In this document: piece after piece, positions 22,951 to 35,359 of the stretch
Layout of the letters: each line of letters begins with the position of its first letter
Numbering within the stretch: the first letter of the stretch is position 1
Position numbers and translations under genes: made by a program
The notes under the pieces: model-generated
The model's input: the letters and a program-made list of their open reading frames with translations, nothing else
Told to the model about the DNA's origin: nothing
The model's database searches: none
NCBI GenBank assembly: GCA_032718475.1
Contig: JAUCBJ010003552.1
Span: 1 to 55,281 of the forward strand
Direction: 5' to 3'
Length of the DNA: 55,281 bases
DNA from: Nemertoderma westbladi
Lineage: Eukaryota; Animalia; Xenacoelomorpha

Positions 22951-25764
22951 CAACATATGGAGTGGGTGTGTGACTCTATTATTTTATATTATTTTATTAT
23001 TTTTATATTTATGTATGTATTACTATGTAATTCTATTATAATCGTTTTCTTTAATTTTATTCAGTAGAATGTTATTTTAGCGATTATTTAGTAGATTAGT
23101 GCAATATATATTCGCGTTTATTACTTAATTACGTATATATTATATTTAATGCGACGGCAAGAAATAATTCTTTTCCTTCTTCCTTACTGTCCGTATTACA
23201 TTACAAATACGTAACTACAGTAAGATGAAATGTCCGTACTTATTAAAGTACAATAAAGCCACTACTATATTCAAGTATTATTGGTAGGCAGAGTATTAGG
23301 AATGCAAAGTTCAGATCCTCGTGTCTCGGCTAAACCAAGCTCTGGGTAGACCTTGGAAACGACTTGCCTCTTCACACTGACATTGCTTCGTGCGATATTG
23401 CTCTCATACCGTATATTAAATAATACATATAGTAGCGTGATGTCCCTTTAACAGTAGCGTATAACGCAAAATAAATCTGTTAAACCCTTTGACCATCTGT
23501 AATTCTAGTCGATTAAGATATCGCGGCACCCACCGATATACTTGAAAGACAAATTCTAGAATCAGTGGTTAACGTCCCCAGACAAGTTCTGGAATAAATC
23601 GGTGCCCATCTCAAATATTAATTAATTAATATTTGCAAAATCTAATAAATCAAAATCTGTAAAATTCAGATCCTTCAATAATTCTAGTCAATTAAGATAT
23701 CGTAGTATTTACCGATATTCTTAAAAAGACAATTGTCATAGAATTAAGGATCTTGTGTCCCCAGACATGTTCTGGAATCCAAATATGTCCATTTAATTAT
23801 CAAATAATAAAATTTCAGGGAATCAATTTAAATTCATGCCTTTTAATGAATTTAATAAATTGCCATTTTTACGCAATTTATAAAGTTCCCAAAATTCCAT
23901 TAATTAATAGATCAAGGGAGCGGAGATTTATCTTAGCATGCGTATGAGTGTGTGAAAGTCTCCCAAACATAGTCAATAGCCGATAAAATTCATAAAGTCA
24001 TGTATAAAACAGAACATTGACTATTAAAGAATTACTATTAAATAACATCCCAGATCTGTATGCATTGGAATCACCCTAATTCTACCGCTAGCTTTGCATA
24101 ATGTCACCATAGCAACAACCACGCTAGAATTAGAATTGAGTTAAAAGAACAATAGAAAGCTTGTCCCATTGAATAGCATAGGGAATAAATAGTGCACTGA
24201 TAGTATCCAAGGATACATAATAATACAGTGACATTCTGGAAGGCATTGACTAACGGACAAGTGACCCGAGTTTGTGTAATTTGTGACAAGTTGTGTGTGT
24301 GGTATTTGTGAGTTTATAGGTGAATGTTACTGCTAAGGTGTGTTTACAGTAGCTAGTCGCAATCGTAGAAGTAACCTAACTCTCCAAGGAAACCTGAAGT
24401 ACATCTAAGCCTTTGGGACGGACAGTTGAGTGACTTGTGCCGGTGGTCGTTGTCGTTGTGCGGCTACGTCGTTGGCGAAAGTACAGCGGCGACGACACAT
24501 CGGCGCTGAGGATCTCGTACTGTCCGGGGTTGATTGGGGTAGGCAGCGACGCCCGCTCGCCTAAATATAAACTCATTATAATATGGATAAACTCATATAT
24601 AGCAGATATGACGGAGTTGATAGAAGATGGTCTTGTCATCCTATCGATTTACACAATACGGACTATGTCGACTATATATCCTGCCCAGCGGAGTCGGAAC
24701 CATAAACAGAAATTCGAATGCGAAAATTCTATTCGAAATCGACTCGAAAGAAAAGACACTTAAGAAACAAATGGACGCGGTAACTCCAACGTATATTTGG
24801 AATTCTTGATAGAAGCATTGTAACAACGAATAAATATCACCCGCGTTTACCCTACCAGACGTGCGTCTTTGGTATTATTACGATAAATGCCCTAGACCCA
24901 ACTAATAAACGGAAAGACATAAACATCCACGTAAACCGAAACTTGTTGACGTATCACCTATGCTCACTCGGCTCGAACGATCCTGGAGTAAACCTACGAT
25001 CAGAGTCCCGGAATACTCGGTCAAACCTCCTCATTCCTTAGTTGGACCTCAAACCTGCGATCTTGGTAGTGTCGCGGATCCTCGCGGACTGTATTCACTG
25101 TTCAAAGATCTAGTGCTACCCTAACAATTAATCGGTAACACTCCGACAGTGATTTCTAGCTAGCCGCCCATCTTACCTAGCCGGATTGTGACGCGGACAC
25201 CTAATATCACTATCCAACCGTATGGTCGTCCACGTTTAACGCGATACAACCCCTCATCAAAGGGAAGGAGAGCGTTGTACGAAACGAGTTAAACGCTATT
25301 TTATAAAGATCAAAAGGGAAACCTGCGTTTGTTCAGATAAACGTAAGTTATAACAGTGAGTCCAATCGATAAACGAATTGGCCTTATCTCAATTCGATTG
25401 GGAAATCCAGAATCTCTAAGAAGTTATCGAACTTGGACGATCCTATTCTCTGCGAGAGTTTTTGGATGAACGTATCCAGCTACGAGCGGAGGAAAATCAG
25501 CTCGAGGAGAAGCATATCGAAACGGCAGATACCTCGACCACAATCCTACACCTTCTGATGCAATCATATTGCACCCTTCACCCAGGAGTTATGGCCCTCC
25601 TAGTAAAGTGGCTCCCCCCAAAGAGAAAAAGACTCTTGCTAGCCTCAAAAAACTGCGTAAACGCCGTCTGCGTAAGAAAGACTAACTGTTTAGAGTATCT
25701 TTATGTTTTTAGAAACTGTGATTTTTATATTTTATAGACTGAAAATCCCATTTTCTGGGAGCGG

Positions 25765-26989
25765 TGTAAAAGCCTTTGCTGAATTGCCCCGTTATTTTTA
25801 TTATCTTTTACATTAAAATACTCTGTAGTTGATTTAATAAGTGTAAGAGACCGTATTATTGCTGTATCGGTGTTTTTAGAGGATCTAAGACCTATTTCCT
25901 CCGTATGTGTACTGTGAAAGGCATATTTTATGATTCTATGGCAATTCGTGACGCAAAGGGGTGATAGCTACTCTTGAACAGTAGTTACTATGACTACGGT
26001 TAACAGCTGACATTCATACGTGTTGATTTCCTTTGTTCTACGGCGTCTCTCAGTTCAGTCAGCCAATTAGAGCGTTTTTGTGGCTCCTTGTACAGAAAAT
26101 TTCCGAGAAATGACGCAATGCCTATGTGCAGTGTTTACATTCAGTCCTGAGCCAAAGAAAGAACGGCTTGGAAGTATTTTGTGCTTTACAGTTTTTAGTC
26201 TTACACTAGTAGGTTTAATTATAAAGGGCATATATCCTTTAACTACCTAAAGACTCTGATGACTGATCATACATGCTGACTGCTGAAACATTGCAAACTC
26301 ATAACAATCAGTGTTTTCATTGTTGTTTTATACTGCTATTTACCGTCAGTTCTTCATAATATGGTTGATGAATTATTATATTTGGAATAACGAACCCCGA
26401 AACCCAATATTCTTGATATACCGAAGGTAAGAGAGAAAGGTTACCAATAACGATTGTGACTTATGTTAAAGTGGTTTGAAGTGAATCTAATGTTATTTGA
26501 TAGACCCTACATGAGTCAGCCTGTGTTCCTTTTATATGTGACTAAAATCAGTGAGGATTGGCAGATTAGTGTGCAGTATTGTGCAGCATTGTGTATGAGT
26601 GAGTCTGTTAAAGAAGCAATTCCTAAAGAATGCGCCATATATGTGAATTATAATTAAGCCATATCGTTGTGAGTAGTTTAAGTCATAACTCTGTTTGTAT
26701 AGATAAAGCGCCACGTCCTAAAGGAACTGTTAATATTCCCGAAGGTAAATAATATTGTCAGAGATTATATAATACTGTCAGTCGAATAATACATTAGGCT
26801 TACATAGCAACAAAATTAAACCGTCGAACCCAATCTCCCGGGAATATCCAGCGGGTGAATGGTCGCGCACGGATTGGTTTCGACTAGTGTAGTGAATCAA
26901 ATACTTGTCATAGACTAAAAACCGATTTAATATCTAGAAGACATCTTAATTTGGTGGGTTAAACTGCCAAAGGTCTGAAAGCGCGAACA
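25765..26989 (+). repeat. 3' LTR
   Basis: Copy of 14602-15826, followed by TSD CTGCA. Confidence 0.97.
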
Positions 26990-27098
26990 CTGCACTTGGT
27001 TTCAATTTTGTTGTTCGGTGTAATTTCCTCGTTGATTCTTATATGTTAGGTTTCTACAATATCGTTGTATCATTCCTAATAGGTTTGTTGATTTATCA

Positions 27099-28219
27099 TA
27101 CGGAACCCATTCTGATTTCCACGTAGCAGTCTCTCAATGGGATCCCTGATGCGATTTAATAGAATTCTATTGTATAGAACATTTGTGTCTACTGTTGACG
27201 GTGACACAGAACCATTTGAAATGTTATGGGGCGTCCTCCAGGGAGACACACTTGCACCATTCTTGTTCATAATTGTTGTTGACTATGTTCTACGCATGTC
27301 CTTAGATCATCATAATGATGATGGGGTGATGATAACTCCACCTACTGGCTCCAGAAGTCGAGGAAATCCTGCCAAGTACCTAACTGATCTAGACTTTGCT
27401 GATGACTTAGGAGTACTCTCAGAATCACTAGAGGGAGCCCAACGGCTCCTCAGCTCATTAGAACATGCTGCTTCTAGTGCTGGTCTTTTTATTAACTCCA
27501 GAAAGACCAAAATTTTGACAGTTAACTTTGAAAGTCCTCAGCAAGTCTCTGATCGGATGAGCATAATCTCAAAAGATGGTATGCTTGAGCATGTGGATGA
27601 CTTCTGTTACCTGGGATCATGGATCCGGAAGTCAGGTGAGGACCTTCGAATACGTAAGGGAAAGCCATGGGCAGCCTTGAATAGGCTTTCCAGGATTTGG
27701 AAGTCACGAAGAATTAATAGGAAACTTAAGGTCCGATTATTTAGAGCAGCAGTAGCTCCAGTACTGCTCTATGGGAGTCCATGCTGGGCTCTAACTGCTG
27801 AGGACACCAAATCTATGGATGGCACAGTCACAAGAATGCTACGCCGGGTTCATTGTGTCAAGTACAATGCACACAACCGGACACTATATAACATTGGAGG
27901 TGTCTCATTGGTTCCCCCAAGCTTGACACTAGAACAAAATCGCTTCCGCTTTGCAGGACATTGCTTTCGCCGTGAAGACCAGCCAGTGCATAATCTTGTA
28001 CTTTGGCAGCCTCATGGAGTGAATAAGCATGGTGGACAGCCCATGACTTTCTTGAGACGCATCTTAAAGGACACTGGCCTTGAAGATGCGGATGATCTAG
28101 CAAAAGTCATGGGTGATAGGGAGTTGTGGCGGTGCAATTTTGTCGATAAGCCGGCACAGCATTCTTAAAAATGCAGCTGCAATGCAGCATGCCGATCCTA
28201 GTAGTAGTAGTAGTAGTAG
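27099..28219 (+). mobile_element. 5'-truncated, 5'-inverted RTE-like LINE copy with an open RT C-terminal frame and (TAG)n tail
   Basis: GVLQGDTLAPFLF, DLDFADD, YLGSW, LLYG, FAGHCFR. 27099-27177 is inverted RT sequence (LYNRILLNRIRDPIERLLRGNQNGFR on the minus strand). Confidence 0.93.
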
Positions 28220-28562
28220 CAATATGGCTGTCGTAATTCTTTGTGCGTATTACAAATTCATCCATGTAGGATGGAATACCGAATCGATGAAGTACTGCAT
28301 AAACAGTTTTTAAACATTTCGCTGAATCAGGTATAACTCCTAAAGGTAATCAATCATGTAGGTTTCAGCAAAACGATTTGATAGTGTAAGTAAGAGTTTA
28401 GATTTGTCATCTAACTGTAATGAGCGGGTCGTTCTATTAACTATAGACAATGAGAGAAACCCATCACCAATTGCAATTACAGTTTAAATAATAAAAAGTG
28501 ATACAAATATTATTTTATATTTTAATTATATTTTAAGAATGCTGAAAAAGTGATACAAATAT

Positions 28563-28794
28563 AAGGGCGGGGTAGCTCAGTTGGTTGAGCGCCGGGCCTG
28601 CAATCTATTGGTTGTAGGTTCAGCCCCGCCAGGGTCCACTCAGCCTTTCATCCACTGGGGTCGATAAAATGAGTACCAGTTAAATAACTGGGAGCAAATC
28701 TTGGGATAGGAGTAGCGCCCACCCCTACCCTCGGGTAGCAGCTATCGAAAGAGGAGCCTTCGGGTCGCCTCCGGCTTCGGCCGACTGTTTGCTT
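28563..28794 (+). mobile_element. tRNA-derived SINE with a Nin/Deu-like central domain and 12-bp TSD
   Basis: A box TAGCTCAGTTGG, degenerate B box GGTTCAGCCCC, core GTCCACTCAGCCTTTCATCC..GTCGATAAAATGAGTACC; TSD TGATACAAATAT at 28551-28562 and 28795-28806. Confidence 0.88.
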
Positions 28795-29421
28795 TGATAC
28801 AAATATTGGAGGGAAATTCAAAACGTATTTACATGTGATTAATAATTGTTATTGCCTAGCCTAACTGGCCTACATACTTGCTACTTCAGTACTTGCTGCT
28901 GTACTACTGTTCTAATCCGCCATGGAGGGGAGACCAGCACCGTCCTCTAGCCCCAGGCCACTGCGCCACCTAACTGTAATTGATTATAGGCCCGTGCCAT
29001 ATCAGCTTTGTAAATATAGTGTAAACTAAATATAGTGCAAACTGAATATAGTGCAAACTTACCTTGTAACTTTTCAGAAATTTCATTGATTGACATGATT
29101 TAAAAATAATCATTGATTAAATATATGTTGACAGTGCATAGTCACCACATATTCTAATGCCGCCATCAGGTTCGGGTGCAATGACTAATGGTGTAGCCAA
29201 TTCGATAGTTTAATGTTTATCAGGGTACACAAGTAAACCATCATCAATATCGTGTTGTAATTTTTGTATTACTTCATCTTTATATGCATGTGGGGCAGAA
29301 TATGAATGAAGGAACTCAGGTCGAACATCATTATCTTTGAACTTAACTGAAGTTGGAGCCCCTTTGTAAAGTATTTGAGCCCCTGTAACAACATCCTTGT
29401 ATTGTTTCAGTAAATATTTAA

Positions 29422-30749
29422 GGGGGGGGGTAGCACCCCCAAATTGAACCTCACATTTTTGTATCTCTGGACCATAAAATTGGGTGAAAATTATTTTTTC
29501 TGCTATTAAACAACTACTACTACTACTAGGATCGGCATGCTGCATTGCAGCTGCATTTTTAAGAATGCTGTGCCGGCTTATCGACAAAATTGCACAGCCA
29601 CAACTCCCTATCACCCATGACATTTGCTAGATCATCCGCGTCTTCAAGGCCAGTGTCCTTTAAGATGCGTCTCAAGAAAGTCATGGGCTGTCCACCATGC
29701 TTATTCACTCCATGAGGCTGCCAAAGTACAAGATTATGCACTGGCTGGTCCTCACGGCGAAAGCAATGTCCTGTAAAGCGGAGGCGATTTTGTTCTAGTG
29801 TCAAGCTTGGGTGAACCAATGAGACACCTCCAATGTTATATAGTTGTGTGCATTGTACTTGACACAATGAACCCGGCGTAGCATTCTTGTGAATGTGCCA
29901 TCCAGAGATTTGGTGTCCTCAGCAGTTAGAGCCCAGCATGGACTCCCGTACAGGAAAATATTTTTAAAATTGGCCCCAAAATGGCTCCGTAATGGCCAAA
30001 AGGCCTTTTTGCGCCAAGGGCTATTTCTCCACCAATATTTGTTGAAATTTGTCGAAATTTGGATTATAAGTTCAGAAGAACCCTGCATCCAATTCTTCTT
30101 AACAAATTTTGCCTCAAATGCTCTGGAGCCTTTTTAGAACAAAAAGGCCCCAAAAAGGGCTTTTTTGGGCCTTTTTGATATAAAAAGGCTCCAGGGCATT
30201 TCCAACCAAATTTGTTAAGAAGAAGTATGGAGAAGGGTAATCTTAACAAGTGTACCAAATTTCAACTCATTTCAGTCAAAATTGGCGGAGAAATAGCCTT
30301 TTTCATGAAAAAACGTCGTTCTGAGATATGGGTGTTTAAAGTTTAAGGAACAATTTAAACCTTCCCGCTATTTTAGATAATACCAATTTTCTATGTTCGT
30401 CAATAACTTTGTCAAAAATGAATGAAATTCAACGAAATTTTTCATGCTTGCTAAACAGATAACTAGTAAAACAACGTTTTAGCAATTTTATGCATATCTA
30501 TACCGTGAGAGCCTTTTTTATGAAAAGGGCCCCGCACAATTGTAAAATATAGTGCTGCTCGAAGGCTTTACAAAAATCAGACTAGCTCTTACGTTTTGGG
30601 TAATAACTTGAGTTTGAGAAAAGATATGAGAAAACTGCTGTGCAGATTTGAAATCTCCATTAAATTCGGCACAAGATAGAATAAAAAAAGTTTTTTGTCA
30701 ATTTCCAAAATAGGGGGGTGCTACCCCCCCCCCCCCCCCCCCCCCCCCC
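29422..30749. mobile_element. TTAA-flanked MITE with GG-starting TIRs (Kolobok-like)
   Basis: TTAA-GGGGGGGGGTAGCACCCCC ... GGGGGTGCTACCCCCC-TTAA; the Gypsy sequence resumes on either side; second copy at 47289. Confidence 0.85.
29513..29950 (-). mobile_element. 3' fragment of the RTE-like LINE nested in the MITE
   Basis: Near-identical reverse complement of about 27770-28219, including the (TAG)n tail. Confidence 0.93.
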
Positions 30750-32274
30750 TTAAATCATTACTGTTTTCATTGAATTCAATTCATGTATGGTGAATAGTGG
30801 AATTAATCAGCATAAGAGGCATACAATAAGATCATTGGTTTAAGAGTTTGCTATCGTAACATTAACACATATCACATCTTTAATAGCTGTAGTCCCTTTA
30901 CAGTATCCCCTTAACTTTGTGGGACAGTTGTATAATTTCTCAGCAGCAAAGTGTTTCATAAAAACATTATAAGAATACTATGTTTTGCCCCATTGTCAAT
31001 TTCAATAGCTATACGTTTTACATTCAGTTTAACTTCCACTTTAATTGGATCAATATGAGGTAAATATGTACAGGAGTATCCACGTCAGGAGTCGAAACTG
31101 AGTGAGTATGTAATGTAACAACAAGGTTGAGAAATAAATAATTGAAATCCGGGTCCATCCTGCAGAAAGCCTATCACATTCTTTCTTCAAACATGCTCGT
31201 TCGTAGTGACCCTTTTTGAACAATATCGACAAACAGTGTCGGCAGAAGCATTGCAGCTTGTAATCTTATGACCATTACGTCCACATTGGTAACATACAAT
31301 ATTTTGTCCAGATTTCGAATAATTGTCTTTTCTATTTGGTTGACCTGTACGTCGCTGATTATTTTGAAAAGCTGAATGGTTAAATGACTGATCAAACTGT
31401 TTATATGATGATTTACCACGATAGTGTGATGTATTCAGACGTTGTACTTCCACTTCTGTATTACGTCCTCTCGTTGTCTGATGATTTTCCAAGTAATCTG
31501 TAGCAGTCACTAAAGCTTCTGGAAAAGTAACATTTTTTTTATGCATTAACTATGTAGCAACATTGTCTTCTTTCACCCGATACACGGCTTCATGAACAGC
31601 TCACAGCTGTTCATGAAGCCGTGAATCGAGTGCAGCCTCAAATTCACAAATCTTGGCAAATTAGCCTGTTTCGCATTTTCGCATTTTCCGAGCAAAATCT
31701 GTAATTGATTCACTAGGACCTTGTCCGCAACGATTAAATTTACGACGCTCTGCCTCTTTTTGATTTTCCCTTGCGGTGGTAGTTTGAAAGTGTATCAGCT
31801 AGCCGGGTGAATGGTTCTCCTGTAAGATCAATAGGAAACAATAGCTCTGTTAAGTGTTTCAATTGTAGGAAGGCCACAATTTTGAATAAACATATGTGTT
31901 TCAGCTTGCCTAATTTCATCTGGCGTCATGTCTGTACTATCCGGTTTTCGCCATACTGTAGTACGCAAAATGCTCCGAAACATAACTAAATTGTTATCCC
32001 ACCTATCTATATCCGGTTTAAATGGTTTACACACATTTGTGTATTTAACCCCGGTTGAATGATGGCATTAGCCTGTGCTATCACTCTATTGTAATATGAA
32101 TGGTGTAAAAGATATGAGTCTGGCTAAACACAATATCATATATCTGTAATGTATAGTTACCGGTATCATAATAATAATACAGATAGCAGTAGTCTCTAGG
32201 AACACCGAACACGGCATTATAACAATATATATAAAGACCTAGAAAGACCTAATGCAGTTCCTAACAGGTATTTT

Positions 32275-32510
32275 TCAGTATCCCAAAAAATCCATATGGT
32301 CATAAAATCAATTTGATTTCGAGGTGATTTTTCATTATTATCATATTTCAACTACTTGTTTTTTTGTGCCCCGGGCGACAATTACGAAAGATTTTCTCAA
32401 ATATTAATTATATTTGAGTTCTATATTCGTTATCAGAATCTAAAAAAACCGCTATTATATACTGCAAATAAATTAATTTTAGTGAACTTTAAAAAAAGTT
32501 ATGACACAAC
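32275..32510 (+). repeat. Dispersed repeat fragment; an inverted homologue lies at about 52735-52945
   Basis: GTCATAAAATCAATTTG..TTATTATCATATTT..ACTACTTG..GTGCCC and CTAAAAAAACCGC match the reverse complement of 52735-52945. Confidence 0.7.
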
Positions 32511-32807
32511 ATACTGGAGATGTGTGCCAGAAAGGGACCGCAGCACGAAAACTAAAAAAGCCATATAAATGACGTTTGCTCTGTTGGATAGCCCATTAAA
32601 TTTTAGGAAAAGTGACGAAATCTCGGTTTGAGTAATTGATTAAACATCAAAATGCCAATGTATAAATGCTTAGACAGATGCAGTATAATATTAATATAGG
32701 CCTACCATATACAACATTTTATTTTTTTATTGTAGCCTAATATTTGTAACATAAGTATACCTACATTTCTGTACAAAACGAAACGGGAAGAATTATAATT
32801 AATATAT

Positions 32808-33841
32808 ATGAATATGAATACCAGTACTTTAATCCTTGTTGTTATGGCTGCAACATTCATTAATATGATAATACCTGTGATGGATGGAAAAAAGGGTGGG
32901 GCAATTTTAACAGAAATATATTTGCTCCATCAAATGATCCTCCATTTACCTGGAATAGCCAAAGAAGAAGGTTTAAACTGTTCTTTCATTATTACATTTA
33001 TGTTTCGTTTAATAGTTACAGTATTCTGCATAATATAATTAATATTACTACAAATCACATTAAAATGAATTGTTGAGAATGACAATAGATTGAGGTAAAA
33101 GAGTTAAAATTATATAGACTAAAAATATAACTAAAAAGTTATTCCTATTGTTTAACTGTCACTTCCCCGATGTGGTGCTGTCACTTGCCCAATATGCCAC
33201 TTGTTCAATGAGTCACTTGCTTGTCCAATATGGCACTTGTTCAGAGTCACTTGCTTGCTCAATAAAAAATAAAACAAAAACTATGTTACTTCCCCAATAA
33301 GTTGCCAAATATCCCATAATTCTACAACATTTATTATATTCTTAAAATAAATGTCACCTATTCATAATTATTATGTTCTGGGAATTGAATTCACTCCAGA
33401 TTATTTTTGTTTAGATTAAAGCACAAGCAATATATTCTACAAACTTAATTTCACCACTTCCCAACAATGAAGACATGTTATCGCTCTCCCTTTCACACTT
33501 GTAGATTTAAACAGGGCAATAAAATATTCTGAGAATGTAAGGAAAGAAAACCGGGGTGGGGGGGGGGGGGGGGGGGCTGCCATGTTTTATTAAGATAGTG
33601 ATGTAATTGTCCTTTTAAACCCGTTGTTAAATAAAGAACACACGCCCCAACAAATCCCACTGCCCGTGTAACCCAACAACAATAACCACACCACCAGCAG
33701 CGACAAGACTTATACTTATTTCTTTACAGTGCCATTGGCTCGAACAATGTCCGTGAAAAACCTGAGAAAGAAGAAACACCATGTAATAATTATCGGGTTG
33801 ATGGTGCCGTTACTGTTCCCTATAGTGGATGTGAGAATTAA
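32808..33841 (+). CDS. Candidate two-exon small secreted prepropeptide gene (needs a 1-nt correction)
   Basis: Signal-peptide-like MNTSTLILVVMAATFINMIIPVMDG; donor AG/GT near 32970; acceptor TTTCTTTACAG at 33729. With one extra G near 32897 it reads ..FTWNSQRR/SAIGSNN..PCNNY..GCEN-stop. Confidence 0.3.
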
Positions 33842-34104
33842 CTGCAATCAATGGTCAAGGGACTTCAAGGGAAATTTCATCTCCGTCATTTACAAATTGA
33901 CCAGATTGTTATTCTTTTCTTTGTTAATGTTTCATATATAACGGCAAATTCTCAGGTGGAGGTGTTATATAGTGTTTTAGAGTACATTATACAAATATGT
34001 GCATTATACGTTATATACAAATTAACTATCAATGTATAAAATCGTAATTAAATTATAATATTAATGATATATCAATATTAACCATATTACCACTGGGGGG
34101 GTGT

Positions 34105-35330
34105 TTAGACCATTAGCAGCACTGGCGGGGGGTCGATTCGCCCCCCCCGCTGTATTTTTGTAACCATCCGATAAAATCCTACGAAATGGACTGTAGGTGA
34201 AAAAATTATCGAAGAACATTTTCAAATCCAAAAAAATGAAAATTTCATAACATATTAATTAATAATATAATAATAATTTTCATGAAAAATAGACGTAGTC
34301 GCAGGACAGAATATACATTTTTTTTATATTCTAAAATCTGATAGTGTGGCATTGTTGGCTAGCATTAGTAGGTTTTTCACTACGCTGAATCGAATGTGAT
34401 TAGATTCCATTTCCTAAAATTGAACTGGATGCTATTTTTTGTGCTCCTAAGAAGTGGGCGTGGCACTTCAAATTTTGAAAATACGATATTCGGAAAATTA
34501 CCCCCATCTTTTGATTTCAACGCGTTTTTATAGGTTTTCTGGACCATTGAATCGATTGAAAATATTATTGAAGCCTGAAGACTTAGTGGATCGTCCTTTT
34601 TGGACTACCAAAATTAGGGTGTGGCACTTCAAATATTGAAAAATACGAGATTCGGAAAATAAATCAAAGTTGAGATTTCAACGCACATTTATAGGTTTTC
34701 TGGACCGCTGAATCAATTGAAAGTATTATAGAATCCTGAAGACTTAGTGGTTCGACATTTTTGGCATTCATGACGTACCACTAAGACATGAAGCTTCAAT
34801 ATTACTTTCAATCGATTCAGCGGTCCAGATAACCTCTAAAAATGGGTTGAAATGAAAACCTTGTGGTATTTTCTGAATATCGTAATTATGAAAATTTGAA
34901 GTAAGCCTACTTGCTACGCCCTAATTTTGGTGCACCAAAAACGATGTACCATTAAGAATTGAGTCTTCTATATTACTTTCAATCGATTAAGCCAAATCGA
35001 AAACCTATAAAAATGCGTTGAAATCAAAACTTCGGAGTATTTAACGAATATTGCAATTTTGAAAATTTGAAGTGCCACGCCCTAATTTTAGTGCACCAAA
35101 AATGACGTACCACTTCCCTTACCTACTTATATAGAGTAGTAGAGTGCTCCATATGAATCAGAATCAATAAAAAAAGCCCCAACATAAAGAATTACTAACT
35201 CACAAATGACCTTGTAAAATTCGAAAATTTCAAAAAAATTTCTGCTGGGAATCAAATTTCGAGGTGGCACCCACATCGAAAAGTTGAAATCTAATTGCAA
35301 CGCCGTTTTTTGCAAAAGATGCTTTAAAAA
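34105..35330. mobile_element. Non-autonomous DNA element with two direct plus two inverted ~165-bp internal units
   Basis: TTTATAGGTTTTCTGGACC..GAATC.ATTGAAA..GAAGACTTAGTGG near 34525 and 34688; reverse complements near 34780-34840 and 34950-35015. Confidence 0.7.
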
Positions 35331-35359
35331 AAGATGATTTATTCGACATTCTTATTTTA

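Larger units (their letters stand above)
14602..26989 (+). mobile_element. Young, structurally complete but non-autonomous BEL/Pao LTR retrotransposon (12.4 kb)
   Basis: Two 1225-bp TGT..ACA LTRs; 5-bp TSD CTGCA (14597-14601, 26990-26994); purine-rich GGGAGCGG before the 3' LTR; BEL-type gag-protease ORF. Confidence 0.97.
29100..32224 (-). mobile_element. Decayed Gypsy (Mag-like) LTR retrotransposon: gag, protease, RT start; split by a MITE
   Basis: FKPDIDRW; RKFNRCGQGPSESITDF; twin knuckles CYQCGRNGHKITSC..CRYCSKKGHYERAC (frameshifted); IEIDNGA; ATPLVIAPEPDGGIRICGDY. Possible short LTR 32090-32224 (TGTTAT..TTACA), low confidence. Confidence 0.85.

Noticed and set aside
27137-27177. ATG start of the 343-aa RT ORF
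   Set aside because: It comes from the inverted segment; the copy is 5'-truncated and lacks the RT N-terminus and endonuclease.
28563-28635. tRNA gene
   Set aside because: Degenerate T arm, followed by a SINE body and flanked by a TSD.
29210-29623. 137-aa ORF
   Set aside because: Chance read-through of LINE tail, MITE end and Gypsy pol.
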